DNA from: a virus | DNA length: 64,000 nucleotides | Virus record (IMG/VR): IMGVR_UViG_3300044591_002420 | Span: 32,001 to 96,000 of that record | Strand: one strand, 5' to 3' | Shown: in pieces, positions 40,023 to 51,521 of the stretch | How positions within the stretch are numbered: position 1 is the first letter of the stretch | How the letters are laid out: every line of letters begins with the position of its first letter | Translations under genes and position numbers: made by a program | Notes under the pieces: model-generated | Told to the model about the DNA's origin: nothing | Database searches by the model: none | Seen by the model: the letters and a program-made list of their open reading frames with translations, nothing else

Positions 40023-41794
40023 CTATTATTAAAAACTATCGCACTCATAATTGCGGTCAATTGACATCTAAAAATGTTAATGAGATCGTGACACTTTCTG
40101 GATGGATTGATCGTAGACGCGATCATGGTAAATTGATTTTTATTGATCTTCGTGATAGCAGCGGAGTGATTCAATTAGTTTTATCTAATGAAAATTCTGA
40201 ACGTCTGAGAGTTGAGACTGTTATTCTGATTACAGGTAATGTTATTTCCAGACCGATTGAGAATATCAATAATGAAATTTCAACAGGAGAGATAGAAGTA
40301 GAAGTGAGCGATTTAATTATTCTAAACGAGGTTAAACACGTTCTACCATTTTCTGTTTCAAGAAATGAAAGAACTGTTGTGAATGAAGAGTTACGTTTAC
40401 AGAATCGTTATCTTGATCTTAGAAGTAAACGCATGAGTGATAATATACGAATGCGCCATAAAGTAACAAGATCCATTCGTAATTTCTTAGAATCGGAAAA
40501 TTTTATTGAAGTTGAAACACCTATTCTTAATCGTTCAACTCCAGAAGGTGCAAGAGAATACTTGGTACCAAGTAGAATCTATAAAGGAGAATGGTTCTCT
40601 CTTTCTCAATCACCACAACTGTTTAAACAGATGCTGATGGTGGGTGGAATTGAAAGATATTATCAAATTGCACGATGCTTCAGAGATGAATCTTTAAGAG
40701 TTGATCGACAACCAGAATTTACACAAATTGATTTAGAGATGAGCTTCATGTCTCAAGATGAAATTCTTTCTCTTAGTGAGAGAATGATTTCTACTATCTG
40801 GAAAGAAGCAAAAGGAGAAGAATTGTCCATTCCTTTTTCTAGAATGAGTTGGAAAGAATCAATGGAGAGATATGGAACAGATCGGCCAGATATTCGCTAT
40901 GGATTAGAATTATCCGATGTTTCAAAGATCTTTTCTGATTGTGGTTTTAAGGTATTTTCCAATGTGATTAAAAGTGGTGGAGTTGTTAAATGTATTACCA
41001 TCAATTCTAACAACGAATCAATTACAAAATCTCGTCTTAAAATTGGAGGAGATTTAAATGATTTGGCGATAAATTTGGGTTCCGGTGGACTCGCATATAT
41101 CAAAATAAATGACGACCATGAATTTGATTGTATCAATGCCATTAAAGACAATTTAACAGAATTCCAAAAAACTGAACTGTTAGAAATAACAGAAGCTACA
41201 TCTGGAAGCTTGATTATATTTTGCGCTGGTACTTCTGATGTCGTCAATAAAACACTAGGCAAAATTCGTCAAGTTCTCGCAGAGGAATTGAATCTCATTA
41301 CGAATATGAATTCCTTTTTGTGGATTGTTGATTTTCCTATGTTTGAATATAATCCAATTGAGAATAAATTGTGTTCACTCCATCATCCTTTTTGTGCTCC
41401 AAATGAAGACGATTTAGGAACCGAACCCGATTTATGGTCTGAGCGAATTGTTCACTGCCGAGCACAATCTTATGATTTGGTTCTCAATGGATACGAATTG
41501 GGTGGTGGATCATTACGAATTCATGATTCCGAATTACAGAGAAAAGTTTTACAGATTCTCGGTCTTTCTGAAGAAAAGATTGATGATCAATTTGGATTTC
41601 TTTTAAATGCATTGGATTCTGGCGCTCCTCCTCATGGCGGATTGGCTTTTGGTTTAGATAGAATTGTTATGCTTCTTTTGAATGAAGAATCCATTCGTGA
41701 TGTTATTGCCTTTCCGAAAAGCTCACAAACTAGATGTCTACTAACGGGTGCTCCTTCAACTGTTTCAGATAATCAACTTCTTGAATTTGAATAG
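40019..41794 (+). CDS. aspS: Aspartyl-tRNA synthetase
   Basis: RTHNCG, RRDHG.LIFIDLRD, STPEGAR, QSPQLFKQ, FRDE..R.DRQPEFTQ, HHPF, GAPPHGG.AFGLDR. Confidence 0.97.
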   Translation: MTIIKNYRTHNCGQLTSKNVNEIVTLSGWIDRRRDHGKLIFIDLRDSSGVIQLVLSNENSERLRVETVILITGNVISRPIENINNEISTGEIEVEVSDLIILNEVKHVLPFSVSRNERTVVNEELRLQNRYLDLRSKRMSDNIRMRHKVTRSIRNFLESENFIEVETPILNRSTPEGAREYLVPSRIYKGEWFSLSQSPQLFKQMLMVGGIERYYQIARCFRDESLRVDRQPEFTQIDLEMSFMSQDEILSLSERMISTIWKEAKGEELSIPFSRMSWKESMERYGTDRPDIRYGLELSDVSKIFSDCGFKVFSNVIKSGGVVKCITINSNNESITKSRLKIGGDLNDLAINLGSGGLAYIKINDDHEFDCINAIKDNLTEFQKTELLEITEATSGSLIIFCAGTSDVVNKTLGKIRQVLAEELNLITNMNSFLWIVDFPMFEYNPIENKLCSLHHPFCAPNEDDLGTEPDLWSERIVHCRAQSYDLVLNGYELGGGSLRIHDSELQRKVLQILGLSEEKIDDQFGFLLNALDSGAPPHGGLAFGLDRIVMLLLNEESIRDVIAFPKSSQTRCLLTGAPSTVSDNQLLEFE

Positions 41795-41959
41795 AGTTTA
41801 TGGATAACAAAAAAGGACAGTCTAAAATCCGTCCACCTCCGGCTCCACACTCTCCGATCTATGCTATGTTGATTAGGTCGGTGAGAGATCAATAATCCAC
41901 CAACCATCCACAACCACGTTCACTCCTGTTAGTATTCACACTGTCGTACTGAACCAACC

Positions 41960-43210
41960 ATGACCAAAGAAGCAACTTTTGAGACTGCCGATTTCTTTAT
42001 TGTTCCCGAAGAAGTTTCTTACTTCTCTACTCCAAACTTTACCTCATACTATAATAACATGCGTACAGATTATGAGGCAAAAGAACATACTTTCAAAAAA
42101 GCAGTCATTGCTGGAGCTGTTATTCTGGCTGCTTCAAAGGCACAACGTCTTCATACAGTTTGGCCCGATATTCCTAATGACTATTTTCGGAATTATTGGC
42201 CTCTTCTTGAACTTCCGATTGAGCTTGAACTACTTAATGATGAGCTGGTCGCCAACTGGTTTCGGGAGAACATGAGCTATCGTACATTTTTCAATATGAT
42301 TTATCGTCATGCTCGTCGTTATGGAAAGGCTCTTTATCAAGAAGATGAGATTCCAAATAAATTGACCGAGATTAACTTTGATGATATTCTTAAATCTGGT
42401 ACAGGTACAGTAGAAAGTATTTTGGATCAGTTGGCACTCAAAGAAGAAGCGATTTATGATAATTATATTAATGGAAATATGGAAGATTCTGATTCAAATC
42501 AAGAATCTTTCCGTGCAATCAGCATTCTTTATCATATCGCGGGACATCCTAACACTTCCTCTGAGACATTGGCGCGGTTGGCATCCAATGACGATTATCC
42601 ATCATATGTGTATCGGCAGGTTGTATTGAATCCGAACACACCAGAAGATATTCGGCTCAGTCTTATTATTGAACGGGGTGTTGAAGATGTGAATTCTCAG
42701 CTCAAAGATACACTTAGTCAGCTCCAAAAAATGCTAAAAGCTGGCGATACCATTGTTCCAGAAACTCGTAAAGATGATGGAACAATTAAGAAGTGGCGTT
42801 GGCGTCTTATTGATTTTCACGATAACATCAGCTATCTTTATCTGATGCGAGAGATTAAAAATGTTGAGTTTACCAACAATACCATCAAAAATCAGTATCA
42901 AGAAGGCTCCTGGAATGTATATCAACCCAAAGATAGCGTGGCTCTAGCAATGTGGGCACAAAAAGTCAAGAATTGTATTCGTTCACGAGAAGATAATGTT
43001 CACAGTGGGGATTCAGAAATCGTATTCATTGAGCGTAATGGTGTTCCCGCTTATACTGTTGAAGTTCGTCCGGGAGCACCTAAACGTCGCAATCTCTCAG
43101 AACTTAATATCAAAGAGATTCAGGCATTTGGTGCTCGCACCGGCACCACTCGTGACAATCAAGGAGAGATCTTGAATATGATTAAGCGTGCGATGGAAGC
43201 AAATGTATGA
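41960..43210 (+). CDS. PcfJ-like domain protein with an embedded LRV-like unit
   Basis: C-terminal FHD, L..W...V.NCI, YTVEV; internal HPNTSSETLARLA..VVLNPNTP. Confidence 0.5.
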   Translation: MTKEATFETADFFIVPEEVSYFSTPNFTSYYNNMRTDYEAKEHTFKKAVIAGAVILAASKAQRLHTVWPDIPNDYFRNYWPLLELPIELELLNDELVANWFRENMSYRTFFNMIYRHARRYGKALYQEDEIPNKLTEINFDDILKSGTGTVESILDQLALKEEAIYDNYINGNMEDSDSNQESFRAISILYHIAGHPNTSSETLARLASNDDYPSYVYRQVVLNPNTPEDIRLSLIIERGVEDVNSQLKDTLSQLQKMLKAGDTIVPETRKDDGTIKKWRWRLIDFHDNISYLYLMREIKNVEFTNNTIKNQYQEGSWNVYQPKDSVALAMWAQKVKNCIRSREDNVHSGDSEIVFIERNGVPAYTVEVRPGAPKRRNLSELNIKEIQAFGARTGTTRDNQGEILNMIKRAMEANV

Positions 43211-43425
43211 ACTACAAGCTACTGCTTTATTTTCTACTCTTTGAGATTGGAGAGTTCACCGCATTTTGGCTGATCGCCGATTACATTCCACTAGCATTTA
43301 CACAACTACAGATCTTTATTGGTCTTATTGTTATTGATGTGGTAGTAACCGAAATCGTATTTCCTGGTGCATTTGTGACTCTTTACCGGAACATCTTTAA
43401 CAAACACTAATTGGAAATTTCTTAA

Positions 43426-43845
43426 ATGACAAAAAATGACGATTCGGTAATTTTTACTTTTTTCGCCTGGTGTGGATTGATTCTCGGCATTATCATTCTC
43501 GTTTTAGCGATCTTCGGTCCCTATTATTCTGTATGGCAACAGGGACTTGAGGGTAAATCAGAATTGATGAAAGCTGAATACACTAGACAGATCGCTGTTC
43601 TTGAATCCAAGGCTAAATTTGAAAGCGCAAAAGCACTAGCACAAGCTGAAGTAGAACGTGCAAAAGGAGTTTCACAAGCGAATCAGATTATCGCCAGCTC
43701 ATTGAAAGATAATCCCGAATATCTTTCTTATCTTTGGATCACTGGACTTCAAGAAGGGGCTGATCATGGTAACAAAACCATTTACATGATCCCTTCACAG
43801 ACAGCCATTCCCGCGCCAGTTTTTAATCTAGACAAAACCGCATGA
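43426..43845 (+). CDS. Membrane-anchored coiled-coil protein (SPFH/band-7 C-terminal-like)
   Basis: N-terminal TM, AEVERAKGV..AN.II..SL...YL.YLWI. Confidence 0.6.
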   Translation: MTKNDDSVIFTFFAWCGLILGIIILVLAIFGPYYSVWQQGLEGKSELMKAEYTRQIAVLESKAKFESAKALAQAEVERAKGVSQANQIIASSLKDNPEYLSYLWITGLQEGADHGNKTIYMIPSQTAIPAPVFNLDKTA

Positions 43846-43855
43846 TCCAATTTGG

Positions 43856-44128
43856 GTGCCTTTAATGGCGCCCATTCTTATTATGAGCAAACTTGACCGG
43901 GCAAGAAATCCGAACACCCCACCAAAAGCACTAGAACAACTAGCATCCGATGAGCATTATCTTGTTCGGTATTATGTAGCAGAAAACCCAAATACTCCAC
44001 CAAAAGCCCTAGAAATTCTAGCAAATGATGTGGATTATTGGATTCGTCGTTGGGTAGCAATAAACCCGAACACACCTCACTATCTCAAAAAGTATCTTAA
44101 AATTCAAGAACAGCTTATCAAATTATGA
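43856..44128 (+). CDS. LRV-repeat protein
   Basis: Two repeats plus cap. Confidence 0.9.
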   Translation: MPLMAPILIMSKLDRARNPNTPPKALEQLASDEHYLVRYYVAENPNTPPKALEILANDVDYWIRRWVAINPNTPHYLKKYLKIQEQLIKL

Positions 44129-44574
44129 GAATTCTATCTATTTCATTAAATGCCATTATATTAGTCATTGACATTATCATTGTTTTGATTATCAATATCT
44201 TTGAGTTTGTCATTGCATTCTTAGCTATTTTATTGTTCAATAATCCAGACTATGAACCACTGATCAGTCAAGAAAGGCGGCTTAATTTCATAGATCAAAT
44301 GAATGATTCTTATCTAAAACTAAGTGAATTTAAACCTGAGAATTTTAAAACCGAGAATGATGCATTGGATTTCATAAATCAATATCTGAAAGACGCCAAC
44401 CGACTGTACTGGACAATGATCCTAGGTGACTCCTGAGAGACCCTAGAAGGCGGCTCTAGTCCGTTTGCCGTGCTCCAGATCAAAGGACAATTCTTCAACT
44501 GTCCATTTTTGTACCCTTTCTTCGGATATGTGCTCTAGCATGGAGAGGTCAACAACACCCACAATAATGGAGAA

Positions 44575-45087
44575 ATGACATCACCTTCCATCGAAAATCT
44601 TTCCATTGAAGAAATTAATGCTCTTCTTCCACAACTTCAACGAGCACTAGAAGTTGCTGAGCGACCACCCATTGATGAGTTGGTTAGTAAAAAATTTGAG
44701 GATGAGTGGGAAATTATTGAGCTTAGTCTAAATCAAGCACACGAAGATGATTTGGAGCGAACCAAAGAACACCTTTTTCTCTTTACTTCACTTGAAGCCG
44801 TTCTGACTTCATCCATTGGAGAAGAAAACACTAAGCTTTTTCTTAATATCGCCAATAAATGTGTTCAAGAAAATTCTTTTCGGAATACATTCTCGTTTTA
44901 TAATAAAGTTAGTGATTCCACTATTCGCACAATTGCCCGCCTATCTTTCTGTGTTCTTCAACTCAAATTGGGTACACGCAAATCTTACGACATTAAATCA
45001 AAAGTCAACGAATGTTTACTGAATTGCCCAGAATTGGTTCAAAAAACCTTTGACATCTATCAACAACTCGGTCTCATCTCTCTTTGA
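44575..45087 (+). CDS. Hypothetical protein, paralog of the downstream gene
   Basis: I.E.....F...W.IIE, LE..L...I, L.CP shared with 45097-45645. Confidence 0.65.
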   Translation: MTSPSIENLSIEEINALLPQLQRALEVAERPPIDELVSKKFEDEWEIIELSLNQAHEDDLERTKEHLFLFTSLEAVLTSSIGEENTKLFLNIANKCVQENSFRNTFSFYNKVSDSTIRTIARLSFCVLQLKLGTRKSYDIKSKVNECLLNCPELVQKTFDIYQQLGLISL

Positions 45088-45096
45088 TTATACATT

Positions 45097-45645
45097 ATGA
45101 TTAATCTTGAAAATCCACAAAAACTGAAGAATACGATTGAAATGCTTCTTGCTCGTAGACAAGAGCTTGAAAACACCCGAAGTATTTCTGACATTATTAA
45201 TGACACATTCACACAACGATGGAGTGTTATTGAAGAAACTAAACAGTCGGAGTTTTCCAAAAAGGTAACAAAAGCCCGTTTGGTTGTCCGACTTGAAGTG
45301 GCACTCGTTAATGCAATTTCTGATTATGTTTCACCTGAGTTTATTGAAGAACTTAATGTAGGTCTGGCAAGAGTTAGAATGACCGAGGATCTAAAATCTC
45401 TTAAGGGTGTCTACCATAAGTACCGAGATGATGTAAAACATCGCCAAGTTATTAAGCTGATTAGTAGCATTTATCGCTATAACATTCTTCTTAGTGAAGA
45501 TAACAAAAGCTGTTATTTTTACGCTACTAGGATCAATTTGAAATCGGTAATTCGTTATGCGACTCTTTGTCCTCATTGTGGTGAAATTGCAAAACAGATT
45601 CTTCAAAATATTCAGCGGACTAAAGTAGTGGAGCTTCCAGAATGA
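45097..45645 (+). CDS. Hypothetical protein, paralog of the upstream gene
   Basis: Same motifs as 44575-45087. Confidence 0.65.
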   Translation: MINLENPQKLKNTIEMLLARRQELENTRSISDIINDTFTQRWSVIEETKQSEFSKKVTKARLVVRLEVALVNAISDYVSPEFIEELNVGLARVRMTEDLKSLKGVYHKYRDDVKHRQVIKLISSIYRYNILLSEDNKSCYFYATRINLKSVIRYATLCPHCGEIAKQILQNIQRTKVVELPE

Positions 45646-45723
45646 CCACTTTCTGAACTGTCCACTAAGACCTCTTAGCTCTCTAGAGATATGTTATTCT
45701 TTAGATGAGCTAGGAGGTTTTTC

Positions 45724-45990
45724 TTGACCACAACACTCTACCACGCAACAACACCAAAAAAGGTACAAAAATACCATCAAACTGGTCACATTATCAAACC
45801 AGTTCGTGGATTTACAACTCTTGAAGCAGCCATGGCATGGGCAATGAAAACTCAACGATCGGTAATTCTTGAAATCTCAGGGAATGATTGTCATAAACTT
45901 CCAGATCATCACAATAAATTCGGAGAAGCGTGGTGGTTTGATGAAAATATCTCCACTTGGAAATGTATTGTTTCACCAGGAAAAGTTTAA
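45724..45990 (+). CDS. Small protein with LYHxT start (possible ART-like fold)
   Basis: TLYHATT...G.I...F.T..AA..WA; weak resemblance only. Confidence 0.4.
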   Translation: MTTTLYHATTPKKVQKYHQTGHIIKPVRGFTTLEAAMAWAMKTQRSVILEISGNDCHKLPDHHNKFGEAWWFDENISTWKCIVSPGKV

Positions 45991-46440
45991 TTGATTATGA
46001 AATACTGTTATTTTTTGTATGCTAGATCAAACAAAACTTTTACATTTAATCAAATTTCAACATTAGACCATGAAATTTCTGCTACGGACATTAGGGAATG
46101 GGAAAAATATCTTGATACAGAACACCCCGAAAGAGGTGAGTGGATGGTTGTTTCAATAACTCTTCTGTCAAAAACGAATGAGAATTCAGACGAGACGAAT
46201 CCTTATGTTGTTCATAATGTCTCGCGTAATGAGAAAACATATTTTCCTTTCCGAAGTGATGCTGAAGCTTATTTTGATCTTCTTAAGGATGAATTGGGTT
46301 CTGGTTGTGAAATTGAGATGTGTATGATTATTAAGAAGCATGTCCCACCAGAAAGATTGTGACGGTTTTTGATCTGACACACATCTTGATCCCTGTCGCC
46401 GTTCTATCCATTATTCTTGATTAGTTATTGGAGAAAAACC

Positions 46441-46950
46441 ATGAACATTTTTGCAACTTCATCTTGCCCCGAACAATCAGCAATCGTTCTTCCTGATAAG
46501 CACATCAATAAGATGCCAACTGAATGTTGTCAGATGTTGGCATATGCCGCATCATCTTCTTACAATAACTACGGAACAATTCCAAAAATCAACGGTGAAC
46601 CATATAAGACCACAAATATCGCTCATCTTAAGCATCCATGTACAAAATGGGCAGCAGAATCAATTCATAATGCTTCCTGGTTGATTTATCATGCGTTTAT
46701 GTTGTGTGAAGAATTTGAGCGCCGATTTGGTCATAAACATGGAACTTATAATACTCTCATGGCAGCTTATGTGTTGTTTCCAGAAGGTCAATTTTCGTTG
46801 ATAACTCCATTTGTTCGCTCAATGGATGAAGTTTTTAAGTTTGATACTACCATTGATACGTTTATGGCATATAAGCTCTATCTTGCGAGTAAGCCATGGA
46901 TTCAGGATAATTATATTCGTTTGCCCGAAAGGAAGCCGGAATGGATTTAA
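46441..46950 (+). CDS. Pyrimidine-dimer DNA glycosylase (DenV)-like family protein
   Basis: MNIF...P..SA..L.DKH..KM..E..QML, H..HPC..W, E...R.G..H. Confidence 0.7.
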   Translation: MNIFATSSCPEQSAIVLPDKHINKMPTECCQMLAYAASSSYNNYGTIPKINGEPYKTTNIAHLKHPCTKWAAESIHNASWLIYHAFMLCEEFERRFGHKHGTYNTLMAAYVLFPEGQFSLITPFVRSMDEVFKFDTTIDTFMAYKLYLASKPWIQDNYIRLPERKPEWI

Positions 46951-47354
46951 ATTCTAAAATAATACAATCTAATAACCCAAACACTTCACCCGAAATCCTA
47001 GATCAACTAGCAGCAGATCCGAGATATTGTGTTCGTATGGGTGTAGCAGAAAATCCAAACACATCGCCAGAAGTCTTAGAACAACTAGCGACCGATGATG
47101 ATCTTTGGGTTCGTCGTGGTGTAGCACGAAATCCAAACACATCACCACATATTCTGGAATTATTGGCGACCGATAATTATTATATTGTTCTTTGGAACGT
47201 AGCACTACATCCAAACACCTCACCAAAAGCACTAGAAATTCTAGCGACCGATATGGATTATTCTATCTGCCATAAAGTAACAGAAAATCCAAACACTCCA
47301 CAATACATTAAGAATTATATTAAAATTCAAGAACAGCTTAAGACACTTTCATAA
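46941..47354 (+). CDS. LRV-repeat protein
   Basis: Four repeats plus cap. Confidence 0.9.
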   Translation: MDLNSKIIQSNNPNTSPEILDQLAADPRYCVRMGVAENPNTSPEVLEQLATDDDLWVRRGVARNPNTSPHILELLATDNYYIVLWNVALHPNTSPKALEILATDMDYSICHKVTENPNTPQYIKNYIKIQEQLKTLS

Positions 47355-47419
47355 CTGTCACAATAACCACCCATTTCCACAATCCATCCGTTAAACCACA
47401 AACTGTATCTGAGATTACC

Positions 47420-48100
47420 ATGAATTCTTCTGAAATCACAACCGCTGTTAGTGAAGCGCTTCAACGACATATCCCTCTTATTGTTGAAGAAGTAACAACA
47501 AAGCTAATCAAGAAAGAAAAATGGGAAGATTATAGTGTTGAGAAACTATCTGCGATGGCAGTGAGTGAAGATTACAAGCAAAGATGTTCTGCCGCAGCAC
47601 ATCCAAGAACACCCATGGAAATCATTTATAAGCTGCTTGAGGATCCGAATCATAATGTTAGGTTAGCAGTAGGACGAAATCCTAATATTCCACTCATCAC
47701 TCTTAGCTCACTTTCATTATATCCATCTTTAATCAAAAGACTTAAAACTGAGGGGAATTTAAATCAAATTATGGAGTTTTTTGATGAAGCTAAAGCCAAT
47801 AAAAGCACCCGACGAAGCTTTAGAATGTTGATTGAAGAAAGAATTATGAATGGTGATTTTGATGACGAGCTTAACAACGGTGTTGACGGATCGCGTGGAA
47901 TTTTTAACTTGAATACACCAGCCAAATCACTTATTAATTGGACTAAAAATACTTCAGATTTTTATTATGATTTTAGATTTTTATGTAAACTCATGATTAA
48001 ATATCGGTTCAAAAGATTCCTCCAAACTGCAACGCCAGACGAAAAAGAGTTATTGATCCATCTTATGCCAACATTAGCAAGTTTTATGACCACTCCATAA
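47420..48100 (+). CDS. Protein with divergent LRV repeats and unknown C-terminal domain
   Basis: AAAHPRTP..LLED...VRLAVGRNPNIP. Confidence 0.7.
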   Translation: MNSSEITTAVSEALQRHIPLIVEEVTTKLIKKEKWEDYSVEKLSAMAVSEDYKQRCSAAAHPRTPMEIIYKLLEDPNHNVRLAVGRNPNIPLITLSSLSLYPSLIKRLKTEGNLNQIMEFFDEAKANKSTRRSFRMLIEERIMNGDFDDELNNGVDGSRGIFNLNTPAKSLINWTKNTSDFYYDFRFLCKLMIKYRFKRFLQTATPDEKELLIHLMPTLASFMTTP

Positions 48101-49999
48101 ACTGTCACACCACAAACAGAAGATCAGCGTTTCCTGACTTACACTGTATGAGTCTTCAACCAGCTTCGTATGACCTTCTCAGAATTCCGCCGAAACGCAA
48201 AAAACTCTGCAATCCATAATCCTTCGCGTTCTTATGGGCAAGCTATTATGGATTATCTTTGTGGTGTTTCGCCTAATCTTTATGATCAAATTCCCGATGA
48301 GGCAAATCCCACTCAAGATGATTCACGATCTGATGCCTTTTTTGATTTTGTTAAGGACAATTGGGGTCAAGATCTGAGTTAAAGTAAATTCATTCAATTT
48401 CACGGTATTTGATTATGTACAATGTAACATCGCGCCAAGTAACAACCAAAGTTATTAATCTTTCTCTTGATGGTGAACTAGCAAGAAATTTGGCTAGACT
48501 TATTGAAACTCATTTTGATTTCGTTAAGGATTTGGGATTTGATCCTAAAATACGTCTTGAACTTGAAAATCTCGCTAATTCTCTCAAGGGACATCTTTAA
48601 TCATGAATCTCTCTGGCTACATGATCTTTAATGATTATAACATGCTCGTACAACCAGAGCGATGTTATCTCGTGAAAGCTTCTGATATTATTGATGAAGG
48701 GCCTTGTTCTCCCGGAATCAATGAAGCCAAACAAAAAGGCATTAAACTATCCACACTTTTTGATCTTCTTCCCAACATTCAACAATGATTCAAACTACCG
48801 TACAAAAAACAGAATACTGGATTCTTGGAGCAATTCAACGTTTTAAATTTCTTGGTATTATCAAGGGCACCTTTTTTGACAATAAACTGTCTACACTACC
48901 AGAAGATCTTGACTGGTGGGAACTTGATGGTACACGAGAGGAATGGTGTGATTCAGATATCCTCAAAAGAAAAATGAATGAGTTTTTTAATGAGCTTTAT
49001 CCGATAGAAAAGGTTATTATGATTAATAATTTGGGTTATTTCTTTATTGGTGGGGAAGTAAGAACTCAATTTATGAGATCTGCATTTTCTAATCTTTATG
49101 ATGGTAAATCATGAGCACAACATTTTTAAAAAGTAATCAAATCACGATCGGTTCAAAATGGAAGCGTGTTGATGGTTCTAAACAAATTGTAACAATTGAC
49201 AATATTAAGAATTATCCAGCTTCCGATCACGAATTAAGCAATTGGTGTTATGTTTATTATTCCTGGGAAGAAAATGAACAGACTATGAGTGATCATAGAG
49301 ATCATCTCAGTTTTCAATGTCGCTATTGTCCATTATGACCCAAGCACAATATAGGCGTTTCTGTTATTAAAGCCCGTTCTTTCGTTAATAATCTTCTCAA
49401 AAAGTATCATCAACAACGTATTGATTTAGAGATTGTTAAAGTCTGGTGTTATCGGAAACATCATCCGAGACATAAGACTTTTTATGCCTGTTATCCCGAT
49501 GAACCGAACAGATGGATCAAGTGTGACGGTTATTGAACTGTCCACTCACCCATCAGTTTTTCTCTGTTCCCCGTTAGTATATTACTAATTCCACGAAACC
49601 ACCATGAACCCGATCACAGCAAAGGAGCCAACCATGAACCCGATCACCGCAGAAGAAGCACGATCCTTGGCAGAGGATGTTGTTGAGACACTAGACAAAA
49701 TTTATGATCATATTCGTGAATACGCCAAAAAACATGATAACACTGGTTATTTTGTAAAATGTTTTCAAGCTAAACGGATTAAAGCTGAATTAGAAAGAAA
49801 TGGTTACTACGTTAGTGCATCAGAGAAGCAAACAGAATGTGATGGCCGTATGATTTATTTGTATATTAGCTGGGATAAAGAAACATGAAAAAACAAGATC
49901 TCATTGAAATTCTAAGCCGACTTCCTGACGATTTGGAATAATGGAAAATCTACTTTTTGTAGTGATCTCAACATCACCCTCATTGAATTCACCAAACCA

Positions 50000-50476
50000 A
50001 TGAACCAAAAACAACAACTGATTCAACAAATCCAATCTCTTGAAGAACAACTGAAGACTACAAAAGAGCAACTGAAGAATCTCAAAGTCAAACCAGAAGA
50101 CGCTGATATTGGTGACGTACTAGAAGACGGTTCAATCGTTTTTCTACGAGGTGATAATTTTATTATCGTTATGGCTAATCCAGAATTTGACTTATTTTGT
50201 CAATATGACGACTCAATGGCGAATTATTTTGCATCTAAAGTGTGGAATGATCGTTCCATCGCCGAATGGTTTCTTCCTGATGTCAATCTTATGAAACGGG
50301 CGATGCTTGTGCTACCAAATATGTTTAAAAACGAATATTATTGGACATCAAGTAAAGGTAAAGTGGATTTTAATCGTCAAAAGATTTTATGGTGCAATGG
50401 AGTTGTTCGGGGTTCAGAATCTACCGCTGGGGCTGATCTTTTTTATATGCGAGCCTTCAGGGTAATTCATTTTTGA
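50000..50476 (+). CDS. Hypothetical protein (coiled coil plus a domain with YWTSS/RAFR motifs)
   Basis: WFLP, YWTSS and terminal RAFR, reminiscent of DUF1566-like folds. Confidence 0.55.
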   Translation: MNQKQQLIQQIQSLEEQLKTTKEQLKNLKVKPEDADIGDVLEDGSIVFLRGDNFIIVMANPEFDLFCQYDDSMANYFASKVWNDRSIAEWFLPDVNLMKRAMLVLPNMFKNEYYWTSSKGKVDFNRQKILWCNGVVRGSESTAGADLFYMRAFRVIHF

Positions 50477-50480
50477 TAAC

Positions 50481-51521
50481 ATGGCTAAGAGTGATCAGCT
50501 TATTCCAAAAATTCCCGAAGAAGCGTCTTCTGCGATTGATCTAGCCAAGAAAACAACAGACAGAGCTGTTCTTATCGCTCTTTCAAAACATAGTAATAAT
50601 GATGTAAGATTCTTTGTTGCTGAAAATCGTTACACTCCTATTGAGGTTCTCAGAGAACTTTCAAAGGATTGTTATTTTACTGTTCGGCTTAAAGTTGCGG
50701 GAAATCCTTCAACTCCTTCGGATGTTTTAGAGAATATTATGGAAAATGATATTTCTCTTAAGGCAGCAGTGGAAAATAATCTTTCTTATAAAAGTAAAGA
50801 TAAAGAAGAAGTTCAGGCTTTTCTTAAGAACATTAGTATAACTGATGCCAAAAATTTAGCGGAAAATATTAATACTCCTCCTGAGACACTTATTAAACTT
50901 GCCGGGCATAAAAATTCATATGTTACTCTTCTGCTATCTCGTAATCCCAATACTCCAGCAGAAGCTCTTAAAATTCTTGCAACCCTTGATGACCGTATTG
51001 TAAGAAATTATGTGTTTGATCATAATAATTCGTCAGCAGAAACCTTAGCTATTATTGATTGTATAGACGGTTTTACTACAGGAGAATATAGGATTCTTTA
51101 CGATAAACAGGCCCGTATTATTGAAAAATACAAAAGAGAAGAAACACAAAGAGTTACACAACGAGAACAAGAACAGAAACAACTAAAAGAAAAAGAAGAA
51201 AAACTCCAGAGTGAATTAGAACATAGGCAAGAATCTCAAAGAATTCTCGCAATTATTAGTAATCCCGAAACACCTATTGAAGAATTATTAAAATACAGCT
51301 ATCGTGAAGAAATCATTAACAACCCAACCTATAGGAGATACCTAAATCTCAATAAGACAGACCCAACTGATTTAGAAATTCTAGATTTTTTAGATTGGGT
51401 CTATAATGCAGACACAGAAAAACTAGAAGCCTTTGCTGCACTAGATTTATCTAAGAAATTATCATTGTGGGAAAAACTAATTCTGTTCTTTAAAAATCTC
51501 TTTAACGGAAAAACATTATGA
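50481..51521 (+). CDS. Divergent LRV-repeat protein with coiled coil
   Basis: Several VR..VA.N..TP...L units, E/K/Q-rich segment. Confidence 0.8.
   Translation: MAKSDQLIPKIPEEASSAIDLAKKTTDRAVLIALSKHSNNDVRFFVAENRYTPIEVLRELSKDCYFTVRLKVAGNPSTPSDVLENIMENDISLKAAVENNLSYKSKDKEEVQAFLKNISITDAKNLAENINTPPETLIKLAGHKNSYVTLLLSRNPNTPAEALKILATLDDRIVRNYVFDHNNSSAETLAIIDCIDGFTTGEYRILYDKQARIIEKYKREETQRVTQREQEQKQLKEKEEKLQSELEHRQESQRILAIISNPETPIEELLKYSYREEIINNPTYRRYLNLNKTDPTDLEILDFLDWVYNADTEKLEAFAALDLSKKLSLWEKLILFFKNLFNGKTL

Noticed and set aside
9283-41794. Cellular (cyanobacterial chromosome) origin because of tsf, lysS, aspS, clpS
   Set aside because: These genes lack their usual operon neighbours (e.g. rpsB next to tsf) and are embedded among short co-oriented phage-type ORFs with the same promoter motif.
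49604-49660. MNPITAKEPT-MNPITAEEA tandem duplication
   Set aside because: It is a simple 30-bp duplication of a gene start with no further structure.
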